This document shows positions 12,160-21,751 of a DNA stretch of 64,000 nt, one piece after another. Under the pieces are notes generated by a model. It made no database searches. It was not told where the DNA came from and saw only the letters and a list, made by a program, of their open reading frames with translations. Both the position numbers and the translations under genes were made by a program. The DNA comes from Chthoniobacteraceae bacterium (GTDB lineage: Bacteria > Verrucomicrobiota > Verrucomicrobiia > Chthoniobacterales > Chthoniobacteraceae). Every line of letters starts with the position of its first letter. The first letter of the stretch is position 1. The stretch spans positions 32,001 through 96,000 of the forward strand of contig JANNWY010000196.1 in NCBI GenBank assembly GCA_031409335.1. Reading direction: 5' to 3'.

Positions 12160-13121
12160 ACACCGCCACCGACCAAATCAAAGACGTCCTCCAGCGCGCC
12201 CGCACCGAAGTCAGCAAAGTCATCATCGGCCAGGAGGACGTCGTGGACAAAGCGCTCATCGCCATCTTCACCGGCCACCACGCGCTCATCGAAGGCGTGC
12301 CCGGCGTCGCAAAGACGCTGCTCGTCCGCACCCTCGCGCGCGTGCTCGGCTGCGAGTTCAACCGCATCCAATTCACGCCCGACCTGATGCCCGCCGACAT
12401 CACCGGCACGAGCGTTTTCAACATGCAGAAGAACGAATTCACGCTCATCAAGGGTCCGGTCTTCACCACGTTTTTGCTCGCCGATGAAATCAATCGCGCC
12501 CCTGCGAAAACGCAGTCCGCCTTGCTGCAAGCGATGCAGGAACGCCGCGTGACCATCGACCGCGAAACGCACGCGCTCTCGCCGAACTTCACCGTCTTCG
12601 CCACGCAAAACCCGATCGAATACGAAGGCACCTATCCGCTGCCCGAAGCGCAGAAAGACCGCTTCATGCTGAAAATCCCGATGACCGTCCCCGACCGCGA
12701 AGGCGAACTCGAACTCGCCCGCCGGATGCTGGGAACCGATTCGCCCGAGCAAGCCCTCGCCGCCGGCACCGTGCAGGCCGTCGTCTCCGCGGACGACCTC
12801 GTGACGCTTCGCACCGCGATGGAAGCGATCACCGTCCGCGAAGAACTCGTCGCCTACGTCGTCGATGTCATCCGCGCCACGCGCACGACCGAAAGCGTGC
12901 TCGTCGGCGCCGGCCCGCGCGCCACGCAGGCGCTCCTGCTCGCCGCCCGCGCCAATGCCGCGCTGAACGGGCGCGACTTCGTCACCCCGGATGATGTGAA
13001 ACAACTCACCGAACCCGTGATCGGCCACCGCCTCGTCCTGCGCCCCGAATACGAAATTGAAGGCGTCAACATTGGCGAAGTCGTGAGCAAAATTCTCGAA
13101 CAAGTGGCGGTGCCGCGCTGA
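12156..13121 (+). CDS. moxR: MoxR family AAA+ ATPase
   Basis: LIEGVPGVAKT, RIQFTPDLMPADITG, LLADEINRAPAKTQSALL, ATQNPIEYEGTYPLPEAQKDRF. Confidence 0.96.
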   Translation: MNTATDQIKDVLQRARTEVSKVIIGQEDVVDKALIAIFTGHHALIEGVPGVAKTLLVRTLARVLGCEFNRIQFTPDLMPADITGTSVFNMQKNEFTLIKGPVFTTFLLADEINRAPAKTQSALLQAMQERRVTIDRETHALSPNFTVFATQNPIEYEGTYPLPEAQKDRFMLKIPMTVPDREGELELARRMLGTDSPEQALAAGTVQAVVSADDLVTLRTAMEAITVREELVAYVVDVIRATRTTESVLVGAGPRATQALLLAARANAALNGRDFVTPDDVKQLTEPVIGHRLVLRPEYEIEGVNIGEVVSKILEQVAVPR

Positions 13122-13161
13122 ACCGCTTGCCCGTCGCCAACCTGCATGGAACACTCCGGAC

Positions 13162-13767
13162 ATGGTCATCGAACTCCTCGCTGAGAAACGCGCCGAACCC
13201 GAGAAACGGGCCGTTCTCCGCGGCGTGTCTTGGGAGGGTTACCTCGCGATTGATGAGTCGCTCGGCCACGACTGCCCAGGCCCCCGAATCTACTATTTCG
13301 ACGAACATCTCGAAATCATGACGACCTCCTTGGGGCATGAGGAGTTCAAGAAGTGGATTGGGGATTTCATCGGTGACTTTTTGTTCGAGCGGGATGTCAC
13401 TGCGTTTCCTCGCGGCTCGGCGACGATGCGAATTGTCGGGGAAGTCTGTGCCGAGCCGGACGGGGCATGGTGTATCGGTGAGGAGACGGAGTTTCCCCAT
13501 CTGGTTATCGAAGTTGCGCAGACCAGCGGCGGCATTCCCAAGCTCGACCTCTACCGCCGTTTTGAAATCCCCGAAGTATGGATGTATCGCAAAGAAAAGC
13601 TCGAAGTCTGGACGCGGCGACGCGACCGGACCGGCTACGATCTGTCGGAAAAAAGCCGACTTCTCCCCGATTTCGATTTTCCCCTGCTCGCCCGCTGCCT
13701 CGCCATGATCCCAAATTGGAACGCTGCCCGCCGCGCCTTCCGGGACGGTCTGCGCTCGCAGACGTGA
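13162..13767 (+). CDS. Uma2 (DUF820) family putative endonuclease
   Basis: VLRGVSWEGY...LEIM, AEPDGAWCIG, PHLVIEVA, KLDLYRRFEIPEVW. Confidence 0.9.
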   Translation: MVIELLAEKRAEPEKRAVLRGVSWEGYLAIDESLGHDCPGPRIYYFDEHLEIMTTSLGHEEFKKWIGDFIGDFLFERDVTAFPRGSATMRIVGEVCAEPDGAWCIGEETEFPHLVIEVAQTSGGIPKLDLYRRFEIPEVWMYRKEKLEVWTRRRDRTGYDLSEKSRLLPDFDFPLLARCLAMIPNWNAARRAFRDGLRSQT

Positions 13768-13785
13768 TCGGCGCGCGCACGAAGC

Positions 13786-13951
13786 TTCCCGGTAGCACGT
13801 CCGTCCCGGGCGTTGGTTTCGGCGTCCCGCCGAAACGAACTTTCCAAGACGCTCGATCCCGATTGCGCGCGCATTTACCAAGTCGCGCTTCAAAAAGTTC
13901 GTCTCCGCGAGACGCGAAGACCAACGCTCGGGACGAGCGTGCTACCCGGAA
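13786..13951. repeat. GTAG-headed REPIN/MITE-like palindromic element, copy 1
   Basis: Imperfect ~58-bp terminal inverted arms (ggtagcacg...cgaacttt / aaagttcg...cgtgctaccc). The left arm is nearly identical to that of 18025-18192. Confidence 0.85.
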
Positions 13952-13960
13952 CCCCCGCGC

Positions 13961-15298
13961 ATGATCGTCCCCCGCACACGCCTCATCCTTTGGGTAGCGC
14001 TCATCGTGCTCCCCTTTGCCGCGCTGGCGGGCACGATGCCTTCGGCGATTGGCGTGTGCGCGTTTGCGATCGGCGCTCTCTGCACTCTCGTCCTCGCGGA
14101 TGCCTTCCTCGCCGGCTCGCGCGTCGCTGGGATTCGCGTCGAATTGCCGGAACTCGTCCGCCTTCAAAAAGATCACCCCGGCACTTTCGACGTGCGCGTT
14201 TACAACGATTCGCAAACCGCCCGCGCCATCCGCATCGGCCTCACTTTCCCGGACGAAATCTCCGTCGCCGATGAAACGCAGACCACCGCGCTGCCCGCCG
14301 GCTCGACGCTTTCGCGCCTCGACTGGACCTGCACGCCGCGCAAACGCGGCCAGTATTTTCTCGAACGCGCGTATCTCGAAGCCGCGTCCCCGCTCGGCTT
14401 CTGGTCCGCGCGCGCGAGTCATCCGCTCCGCTCCGAACTGCGCGTGTATCCCAATCTTTTCGACGAGCGGAAAAATGTTGCCGCCCTTTTCCTGAAGCGC
14501 GGCAACCTCGGCATCCACGCGCAGCGGCAGGCCGGCCAGGGTCGCTCGTTTGAAAAGCTGCGCACCTACATTCCCGGCGACAGCGTGAATGAAATCCACT
14601 GGAAGGCCTCCGCGAAACGCGGGCATCCCGTGACGAAAGTTTTCCAGATCGAGCGCACGCAGGAAGTGTATGTCATCCTCGACGCGTCGCGCCTCACCGC
14701 GCGACCGGTGAAGCTCGACGCCGGCGCGGAGACCAATGTGCTGGAGCGCTTCGTCACCGCCGCGCTCATCCTCGGCCTCGCGGCGGAGCAAAAGGGCGAC
14801 CAGTTCGGCCTCATCACTTTCAGCGACCGCGTGCTTAGTTTCGTCCGCGCGAAAAGCGGCCAGGCGCACTACGACGCCTGCCGCGACCGCCTATACACGC
14901 TGCACCCGCAGATCGTCACGCCGGACTTCGATGAACTCGCCACCTTCATCCGCCTCCGCCTGCGCAAACGCGCGCTCCTCATTTTCCTCACCGCGCTCGA
15001 CGATCCGATGCTCGCGGAGAGCTTTGTGAAAAGCATGGACCTCGTCTGCCGCCAGCATCTAATCCTCGTCGATATGCTCCAGCCCGCCGGGGCCGTCCAC
15101 GTCTTCAGCGATCCGAATGTCAGCGAAATCGACGACGTTTACCGCCAGCTCGGCGGCCACTGGCAATGGCACAAACTGCGCGAACTCGAAAAAGTCCTGC
15201 AACGCCGCGGCGTCCGCTTCAACCAGCTCGACCCCGCGCGTCTGCCCGCGCAGCTCGTCGCGCAACACGCGGATGTGAAAGCGCGGCAGCTCGTATGA
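13961..15298 (+). CDS. DUF58 family protein with vWA-like C-terminus (MoxR partner)
   Basis: N-terminal TM helices, PRKRGQY, LRVYPN, FEKLRTYIPGDSVNEIHWKASAK, ILDASR. Confidence 0.92.
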   Translation: MIVPRTRLILWVALIVLPFAALAGTMPSAIGVCAFAIGALCTLVLADAFLAGSRVAGIRVELPELVRLQKDHPGTFDVRVYNDSQTARAIRIGLTFPDEISVADETQTTALPAGSTLSRLDWTCTPRKRGQYFLERAYLEAASPLGFWSARASHPLRSELRVYPNLFDERKNVAALFLKRGNLGIHAQRQAGQGRSFEKLRTYIPGDSVNEIHWKASAKRGHPVTKVFQIERTQEVYVILDASRLTARPVKLDAGAETNVLERFVTAALILGLAAEQKGDQFGLITFSDRVLSFVRAKSGQAHYDACRDRLYTLHPQIVTPDFDELATFIRLRLRKRALLIFLTALDDPMLAESFVKSMDLVCRQHLILVDMLQPAGAVHVFSDPNVSEIDDVYRQLGGHWQWHKLRELEKVLQRRGVRFNQLDPARLPAQLVAQHADVKARQLV

Positions 15299-16305
15299 TC
15301 ATCGACCTCCCACGCTTCATCACCGTCGAGCGCCCGGCGTGGACGGAACTCGAAAAAATCCTCGATCGCCTCGATGCGGAGATCGATCACCGGTTCACGA
15401 TCGACGAGGCGCACCGCTTTCACTTCCTTTACCAGAAAGCCTCCGCGGACCTCGCGCGGCTCGCGACGTTTGCCTCGGAGCCGGAGTTGCGGCGCTATTT
15501 GGAAACGCTCGTCGGTCGCGCTTACGGCGAGATTCACGCGACGCGCGAACGCGGCACCCGCTGGCAGCCGGTGCGCTGGTTCCTCCGGGAATTTCCCGCC
15601 GCCTTCCGCCGCCAAAGCACCGCGGCGATTCTTTCGCTCGCCATCACGCTCGTCGGCTGTCTCTTCGGCGGATTCGCCGTCGCGCTCGATGACGAGGCAA
15701 AGAGCGCAATCATGCCCGCGCAATTCGCGCCGCATCTCGGCAAACCTTCCGACCGCGTGAAGCGCGAGGAGACGACCAAGGAAAATCGTCTTGCGGGCAA
15801 CCACTCGACGTTTGCCGGGCAGCTCATGGTGAACAACATCGGCGTCTCCATCAAAGCGATGGCACTCGGGATGACGTGGGGCATCGGCACGCTCATCATC
15901 CTCTTTTACAATGGAGTGATCCTCGGCCTGGTCGCAGTCGATTACATCATCGACGGCCAGACCGTGTTCCTCCTCGGCTGGCTGCTGCCGCATGGCATCA
16001 TCGAGATCCCCGCCATCCTCATCGGCGGCCAGGCCGGGCTCGTGCTCGGGCGCGCGCTCATCGGCCACGGCGATCGCCGCGCGATGGGCGCACGTTTGCG
16101 CGCCGTCGCGCCCGATGCGGCGACGCTCATCGGCGGCGTCGCGGTGATGCTCGTGTGGGCGGGCATCGTCGAGAGTTTCATCTCGCAGCATCACCAGCCG
16201 GTGCTGCCGTATTGGTTGAAAATTTCATTCGGTATCGGCGAGGGCATCCTGCTCATCGCGCTGCTCAACCACGGCCGCGGAAAGAAAATGACCAATAACC
16301 AATGA
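15295..16305 (+). CDS. SpoIIM-like (DUF95) membrane protein
   Basis: YQKASADLA, LMVNNIGVS, LFYNGVILG, LLPHGIIEIPAI, AGIVESFIS. Confidence 0.9.
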   Translation: MIIDLPRFITVERPAWTELEKILDRLDAEIDHRFTIDEAHRFHFLYQKASADLARLATFASEPELRRYLETLVGRAYGEIHATRERGTRWQPVRWFLREFPAAFRRQSTAAILSLAITLVGCLFGGFAVALDDEAKSAIMPAQFAPHLGKPSDRVKREETTKENRLAGNHSTFAGQLMVNNIGVSIKAMALGMTWGIGTLIILFYNGVILGLVAVDYIIDGQTVFLLGWLLPHGIIEIPAILIGGQAGLVLGRALIGHGDRRAMGARLRAVAPDAATLIGGVAVMLVWAGIVESFISQHHQPVLPYWLKISFGIGEGILLIALLNHGRGKKMTNNQ

Positions 16306-16399
16306 CCAATGACCAATGACCAAACTCCCCGGCGCCTAACGAGAGCCCGATTCACGGTATTCGGCGCGCTGGTCATTGGTCATTGGTCACTGGTCATTT
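16287..16399. repeat. Inverted heptamer arrays (AATGACC)x5 ... (TGGTCAT)x4
   Basis: Five units at 16287-16321 (one variant) and four complementary units at 16370-16397. The array supplies the spoIIM-like stop codon (MTNNQ*). Confidence 0.92.
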
Positions 16400-16403
16400 C
16401 CCC

Positions 16404-17168
16404 ATGAACGCCGCCGAACTCCGCATCCGCACGCCGGAAGGCATCGTCTTCGCCCATCGTCTCGCCGGACCGCTGCCGCGCGCCTTCGCATGGCTCATCG
16501 ACATCACCGTCGTCCTCATCATTTCAAGTGGACTCGCCAAAGGACTCGGCCGGTCCAACGTGATGGACGGAGATCTCGCGCGTGGCATCTTCGTCGTCGG
16601 CTACTTCGTCGTCTCGACCGGATACCACATCGCGCTGGAATGGTTCTGGCGCGGGCAAACGCTCGGCAAACGGCTCTGCAAATTGCGCGTCACCGACGCC
16701 GAGGGATTGCGCCTCGGCTTTTACCAAGTCGTGATCCGCAACCTCGTGCGCTTCGTCGATCAGCTCCCGCTTTTCTACCTCGTCGGCGGCGCCGCGTGTC
16801 TGGTGAACCGGCACGCGCAGCGGCTCGGCGACATCGCGGCGGGCACCGTCGTCGTGCATTTGCCAAAACACGCCGAGCCCGATCTCGATCAGTTGCTCGC
16901 GGGAAAATTCAACTCGCTCCGCGCGCACCCGCACCTCGAAGCGCGGCTGCGCCAGCGCGTGTCGCCAGACGAAGCGCGCCTTGCCCTGCAAGCCCTCGTG
17001 CGCCGCGATGAACTCGAACCCGCCGCGCGCGTCGGCCTCTTCGCCGATCTCGCGAGCCACTTCAAAACGCTCGTCTCGTTTCCCGCGGAAGACACCGACG
17101 CGATGCCCGACGAGCAATACATCCGCAACGTCGTGGACATCCTCTTCCGCACGCGCGCCGGCGGCTGA
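16404..17168 (+). CDS. RDD family membrane protein
   Basis: IRTPEGI...LAGPLPRAFAWLID, GQTLGKR, RNLVRFVD, QRLGDIAAGTVVV. Confidence 0.93.
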   Translation: MNAAELRIRTPEGIVFAHRLAGPLPRAFAWLIDITVVLIISSGLAKGLGRSNVMDGDLARGIFVVGYFVVSTGYHIALEWFWRGQTLGKRLCKLRVTDAEGLRLGFYQVVIRNLVRFVDQLPLFYLVGGAACLVNRHAQRLGDIAAGTVVVHLPKHAEPDLDQLLAGKFNSLRAHPHLEARLRQRVSPDEARLALQALVRRDELEPAARVGLFADLASHFKTLVSFPAEDTDAMPDEQYIRNVVDILFRTRAGG

Positions 17169-17172
17169 TGCA

Positions 17173-17241
17173 CTCCTGATCTTGCTCCTGCTCTTGATCT
17201 TGATCCTCTGTTTCGAGAGCCGGGAAGATCAGGATCAAGAG
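17173..17241. repeat. Degenerate inverted hexamer arrays between convergent genes
   Basis: ctcctg atcttg ctcctg ctcttg atcttg atcctc ... aagatc aggatc aagag. Confidence 0.7.
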
Positions 17242-18017
17242 TCCGAGCGTGCCGCGAGTTCCGCGGCGAGTTGCGGGCTGGTGAATCGACGACCGAGCGG
17301 ACGGCCTTCGAGCGTTGCGACGGGCATGATGCCGATCCAGCTATTCGTCAGGAAAATCTCGTCCGCGCCGAGCACATCCTCGCGCTTCAGCCTGCGCTCC
17401 TCGACTTTGCGCCGCGCGCAAACCCATTCCCGGATGACGCCCACGCGGCAGCCGCTCGATCGCGCGGGCGTGGAAATGCGGTCGTCGTGGATGAGGAAGA
17501 CATTCGCCATGCAGGCCGAGACGAGTTCGCCGAAGTCGTTGAAGAAAAGCGCCTCGTCGAAGCCGCGGCGTCGCGCGAGCGCGAAGGCGTCGGCGTTGAA
17601 CCAGTAGTTCGCCGTCTTGAGTCCGCCGAATGCGGGCCGGTGGGTTTCGTCGTGGAACGTGAGTTCCCATGCATCGTCGGGATCGGGCGGCGTGCGCTCT
17701 TCGATGAAAACAAACAGCCGCGGATGATCGCTCGGCGAGGATGGCGCGCCGTCGCCCGCGGTGACGTAAATCCGCGCGAACCCGCTGCGGCTTTCAAACA
17801 GAGCAGCAGCCGCGCGGACGGCCTCTTCCGCGATCGGAAATTCCCGCTCCGCGCACGCGCTCAACAGCCGCGCGACGTGTTGCTCGAAAAACTCCGGCTC
17901 ACCGCGTGTGACGCGCACACTTTCAAAAACGGACATGCCGTAACGAAAACCGCGATCCGTGAGCGGCACGGAGTCGCGCGGCTCGAAACGTTCGTCGGTC
18001 CAGAGCCACGCGGTCAT
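17235..18017 (-). CDS. Class IV PLP-dependent aminotransferase (PabC / IlvE-like)
   Basis: DRGFRYGMSVFES, GLKTANY (PLP lysine), DEALFFN, ADEIFLTNSWIGIMPV. Confidence 0.9.
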   Translation of the reverse strand: MTAWLWTDERFEPRDSVPLTDRGFRYGMSVFESVRVTRGEPEFFEQHVARLLSACAEREFPIAEEAVRAAAALFESRSGFARIYVTAGDGAPSSPSDHPRLFVFIEERTPPDPDDAWELTFHDETHRPAFGGLKTANYWFNADAFALARRRGFDEALFFNDFGELVSACMANVFLIHDDRISTPARSSGCRVGVIREWVCARRKVEERRLKREDVLGADEIFLTNSWIGIMPVATLEGRPLGRRFTSPQLAAELAARSDS

Positions 18018-18024
18018 GGGGAAC

Positions 18025-18192
18025 TCCGGGTAGCACGCTCGTCCCGAGCGTCGGTTTCGGCGTCCCGCCGAAACGAACTTTCCACAGCGTCCGTCCAAGG
18101 GAAAATCGGCGCGCGCTCTAAATCGTCCGCTCTTAAAAGTCCACGAAGGCGGGACGCCTTCGCCAACACGCGAGACGCGTGTGCTACCCGGA
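18025..18192. repeat. GTAG-headed REPIN/MITE-like palindromic element, copy 2
   Basis: tccgggtagcacgctcgtcccgagcgtcggtttcggcgtcccgccgaaacgaactttcca ... gtgctacccgga; same family as 13786-13951. Confidence 0.85.
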
Positions 18193-18209
18193 ACTCCGAG
18201 GCGCACATC

Positions 18210-19643
18210 TTACGTAATGGTCAGTTCCTTCGTGATCGCGAAACGCTCGATGCGCTTCCGCAGCGTCGCGCGCGTGATGCCGAGGAGCTTGGCGGCGCGG
18301 ACTTGATTGCCCTTCGTGTGCTTCATCGCGTGGAGGGTGAACTCGCGTTCGAGCCACGGGAGGAGCTGCACGTTTGGATCGGCGGACGCGGCTTTGAGCA
18401 GCACCTCGATGGCGTCGTCCGTCGTCACCGGTCCGCTCACGCCGCCAGCGGTGGTGATCGTCACCTCGGCGGCGGCACCGAATGGCAGATCCTTTGGGAG
18501 CAACAGTTCCGAAGTGGCCAGGACACATGCGCGCTGGAGCGTGTTCTCGAGTTCGCGGACGTTGCCCGGCCACGCGTAACCTTCGAGCGCGCGGACGGCT
18601 TCCTCGCTGAGTTGCATGCGTGGCAGGAGTTTTTTCGTGGCGACTTTTTGCAGGAAATATTCGGAGAGCAGCCGCACGTCCTCGATCCGCTGGCGCAGCG
18701 GCGGGAGTTGGATGCGCACCACGTTCAGCCGGTAGAAAAGATCCTCGCGGAAAGTACGATTCGTCACCTCCTGTTCGAGGTTCTTGTTCGTCGCGGCGAT
18801 GATCCGCACATCGGATTTCAGGATCTCGTTGCCACCGACGCGCGAGAATTCCCCACCCTGCAGGACGCGCAGGATTTTTCCCTGCAAGGCCAGCGGCATG
18901 TCGCCGATTTCATCGAGGAAAAGCGTGCCGCCGTGACCCTGCTCGAAGCGCCCGAGCCGCTGCCCGGTCGCGCCGGTGAACGAGCCTTTTTCGTGGCCGA
19001 ACAATTCGCTCTCCAGCAATTGCTCGGGAATCGCCGCGCAATTGATCGCGACGAAACTTTTCGCGCTACGCGACGAATAATGATGGATCGCGCGCGCCAC
19101 CAGCTCCTTGCCCGTGCCGCTTTCCCCCGTGATCATCACCGGCGCATCGCTGTGGGAAACGCGCCCGATCATCTTGAAGACCTGCTGCATCGCGGCGGAT
19201 TTTCCGACGATGGAATCCTGATGCTCCTCGACGGTCAGCGTCGGCTTGAACGTGGTCGCCGCCCGCAACTCGGCCTGCGCTTTCAGCGCGGCGTCCACGA
19301 CGATCTTCCGATTGAAGGGCAGCGTCTCCTTCCGGATGAAATCGAACGCGCCAAGTTTCATCGACTCGATGACCGACTGCGTGGTGCCAAACTGGGTGGT
19401 GAGAATGACGATTGCGTGCGGATGCCGCTGCCGAACTTTTACCAAAAGCTCGAGCCCGCTGAACGGCGCGAGGTGCGTCTCACTAATCAGCAGATCGGGA
19501 TCTTCGCGGCAAAAAACCTTGTAGCCTTCATCCGCCGTCGTGGCCGTGAGGACGCGGGTCGTGCCGGTCTGCAACTGGTGCTGCGCCCATTCGAGAAAGT
19601 CCGTCTCGGGATCGACGATGAGGATGGTTTGGCCTGTTTCCAT
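18210..19643 (-). CDS. Sigma-54-dependent NtrC-family activator with atypical receiver domain
   Basis: Receiver fold, GESGTGKE, ESELFGHEKGSFTGA, LFLDEIGD, FREDLFYRLNV, WPGNVREL and a Fis-type HTH. Confidence 0.95.
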   Translation of the reverse strand: METGQTILIVDPETDFLEWAQHQLQTGTTRVLTATTADEGYKVFCREDPDLLISETHLAPFSGLELLVKVRQRHPHAIVILTTQFGTTQSVIESMKLGAFDFIRKETLPFNRKIVVDAALKAQAELRAATTFKPTLTVEEHQDSIVGKSAAMQQVFKMIGRVSHSDAPVMITGESGTGKELVARAIHHYSSRSAKSFVAINCAAIPEQLLESELFGHEKGSFTGATGQRLGRFEQGHGGTLFLDEIGDMPLALQGKILRVLQGGEFSRVGGNEILKSDVRIIAATNKNLEQEVTNRTFREDLFYRLNVVRIQLPPLRQRIEDVRLLSEYFLQKVATKKLLPRMQLSEEAVRALEGYAWPGNVRELENTLQRACVLATSELLLPKDLPFGAAAEVTITTAGGVSGPVTTDDAIEVLLKAASADPNVQLLPWLEREFTLHAMKHTKGNQVRAAKLLGITRATLRKRIERFAITKELTIT

Positions 19644-19733
19644 TGAAGTTGAATGACCGCCAATGCGGCTCTTTGGTTTCTTGGACGCACTCCACACCGA
19701 GCGCAAGCCCCGCGTGCGGGCTTTTCCGACGCC

Positions 19734-21098
19734 TCAGTGCCGCAGTTTCGCCACGCCGGACTCGATGATCTTGCCGACGAAACTCGTGTCGTATTTGCCA
19801 CGCACGAAATCCGGGTCGCGCATGATCGCCTCCTGAAAGGGGATCGTCGTCTTGACGCCACGGATGATGTATTCGCCGAGCGCGCGGCGCATGCGGTCGA
19901 GCGCGTTCTGGCGCGAGGTGCCGATGGCGATGACTTTGGCGATCATCGAGTCGTAGTGCGGCGGAACGGTGTAGCCGGTGTAAGCGTGGGAATCGATGCG
20001 GACGCCACGGCCACCCGGCGCGTAGTAGAGTTCGATGCGGCCAGGGCTGGGCTGGAAATTGTTAAACGGGTCCTCGGCGTTCACCCGGCATTCGATGGCG
20101 TGGTATTTCAGCACGGCCTTGCGGACGTAATCGGAAAGTTTGTGCCCGGCGGCGACTTTGATCTGCTCTTTCACGAGGTCGATGCCATACGCCTCTTCGG
20201 TGATGCAGTGCTCGACCTGGATGCGCGTGTTCATCTCCATGAAGTAATAGTTCCCGCTGTCATCGACGAGATACTCGATCGTGCCCGCGCCAATGTAGCC
20301 GACCGATTTCGCGAGCTTCACGGAGGCGTCCCCCATTTTTGATCGCAGCCTTTCCGTCATCAGCGGCGACGGACATTCCTCGATGATTTTTTGATTCCGC
20401 CGCTGCATCGAGCAATCGCGCTCGCCAATGTGAACCACGGAGCCGTGCGAGTCGGCCATGATCTGGAATTCGATGTGGTGCGGGTTCTCGATCAGTTTCT
20501 CGACATAGACGCCCGCGTTGCCGAATGCCTTCTCCGCCTCCATTCGAGCGCTGTGGAATCCCTGCACGAGCGACACGTCGTTGTGCGCCGGGCGCATCCC
20601 TTTTCCGCCGCCGCCGGCGACGGCTTTGATCATCACGGGATAGCCGATTTTTTTCGCGACTTTCAGCGCTTCCTGCTCGGTCTCGACGAGTCCATCGGAG
20701 CCGGGCGTGACCGGAATGCCGACTTTTCGCGCGGTCGCGCGGGCGATATTTTTGTCGCCCATCGAGCGGATCGCCGAGGCCGGCGGCCCGATGAATTTGA
20801 TATTGCAGCTCGCGCACACGTCCGCGAAATGCGCGTTCTCCGCGAGGAATCCGTAGCCGGGATGGATCGCATCGACGTCGCCAATCTCGGCGGCGGAAAT
20901 GATGCGGTCGATTTTCAAATACGACTGCGCACTCGGCGGCGGCCCGATGCAGATGGCCTCGTCGGCGAGCTGGACGTGGAGCGAATCGATGTCGGCTTCG
21001 GAATAGACGGCGAGCGTCTTGATGCCGAGTTCCTTGCACGCGCGGATGACGCGCAGGGCGATTTCGCCGCGGTTGGCGATCAGGACCTTTTTGAACAT
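19734..21098 (-). CDS. accC: Acetyl-CoA carboxylase biotin carboxylase subunit
   Basis: [46 protein letters not shown]. Confidence 0.97.
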   Translation of the reverse strand: MFKKVLIANRGEIALRVIRACKELGIKTLAVYSEADIDSLHVQLADEAICIGPPPSAQSYLKIDRIISAAEIGDVDAIHPGYGFLAENAHFADVCASCNIKFIGPPASAIRSMGDKNIARATARKVGIPVTPGSDGLVETEQEALKVAKKIGYPVMIKAVAGGGGKGMRPAHNDVSLVQGFHSARMEAEKAFGNAGVYVEKLIENPHHIEFQIMADSHGSVVHIGERDCSMQRRNQKIIEECPSPLMTERLRSKMGDASVKLAKSVGYIGAGTIEYLVDDSGNYYFMEMNTRIQVEHCITEEAYGIDLVKEQIKVAAGHKLSDYVRKAVLKYHAIECRVNAEDPFNNFQPSPGRIELYYAPGGRGVRIDSHAYTGYTVPPHYDSMIAKVIAIGTSRQNALDRMRRALGEYIIRGVKTTIPFQEAIMRDPDFVRGKYDTSFVGKIIESGVAKLRH

Positions 21099-21184
21099 TT
21101 CAGATTGATGATTTCAGATTTCAGATTGGAAGGAAGGCGCGCAGATTGGATTTCAATCTGAAATCTGAAATCGGAGATCTGAAA
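21097..21184. repeat. Inverted heptamer arrays (ATTTCAG)n ... (CTGAAAT)n filling the accB-accC spacer
   Basis: atttcag attgatg atttcag atttcag attg ... caat ctgaaat ctgaaat cggagat ctgaaa. Confidence 0.88.
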
Positions 21185-21637
21185 CTATTTCAGCCGGTAG
21201 AGCACCTGCCCGAACTGCACGGGCTTGCCATTTTCCGCGACGATCTCGGCGACGACCCCGCGGACTTCGGCCTTGATTTCATTCATCACTTTCATCGCCT
21301 CGATGAGGCAGACGACAGTCTCTTCCGAAACGTCCTGCCCGATCGTGACGTAGGCTGGCGAGTCTGGCGATGGCGCGGAGTAAAATGTGCCGACCATCGG
21401 CGAGGTGATCTCGATGAAGCTGCTGATTTCCTTCGGAGCCGGCGCAGCAGCCGCAGCCGAAACCGGCACCGCTGCCGCGGGAGCCGCCAGGGCGAACGGC
21501 GCGGCAGTGGTGATCACTGGCTGGAAGTCGGTCCCCTTCTTCAGCGTGATTTTGAAGCCTTCTTTCTCCATTTTGAAAACGGAGAGATCATTCTTCCTCA
21601 TCAACGCGATGAGTTCTTTGATGTCTTTTAAGTCCAA
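21185..21637 (-). CDS. accB: Biotin carboxyl carrier protein
   Basis: DLKDIKELI, Ala/Pro linker, SPMVGTFY, EAMKVMNEI biotinylation motif. TTG start inferred. Confidence 0.96.
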   Translation of the reverse strand: MDLKDIKELIALMRKNDLSVFKMEKEGFKITLKKGTDFQPVITTAAPFALAAPAAAVPVSAAAAAPAPKEISSFIEITSPMVGTFYSAPSPDSPAYVTIGQDVSEETVVCLIEAMKVMNEIKAEVRGVVAEIVAENGKPVQFGQVLYRLK

Positions 21638-21751
21638 TGTAATGAGGCTTTGCGAGCGAGGGGCGGATGCTACGCGCCGGGTTTTCAATCGGTCAAGCCC
21701 TCGAACTCAAGTGCTCGCGCCGCGGGCAATGCCGCCCGGAAACATTGCCGC

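Noticed and set aside
15295..16305. SpoIIM as evidence of sporulation
   Set aside because: This DUF95 family occurs widely with MoxR/RDD clusters in non-sporulating bacteria; no other spo genes are present.
16287..16399. Repeat arrays as a possible CRISPR
   Set aside because: Units are 6-9 nt in tandem with no unique spacers, and no cas genes are present.
17271..19646. 791-aa plus-strand ORF, and similar long ORFs at 24066-26243, 26258-28291, 52299-54488 and 40315-41928
   Set aside because: Antisense shadows of clearly recognisable genes, expected in high-GC DNA; they have no motifs of their own.
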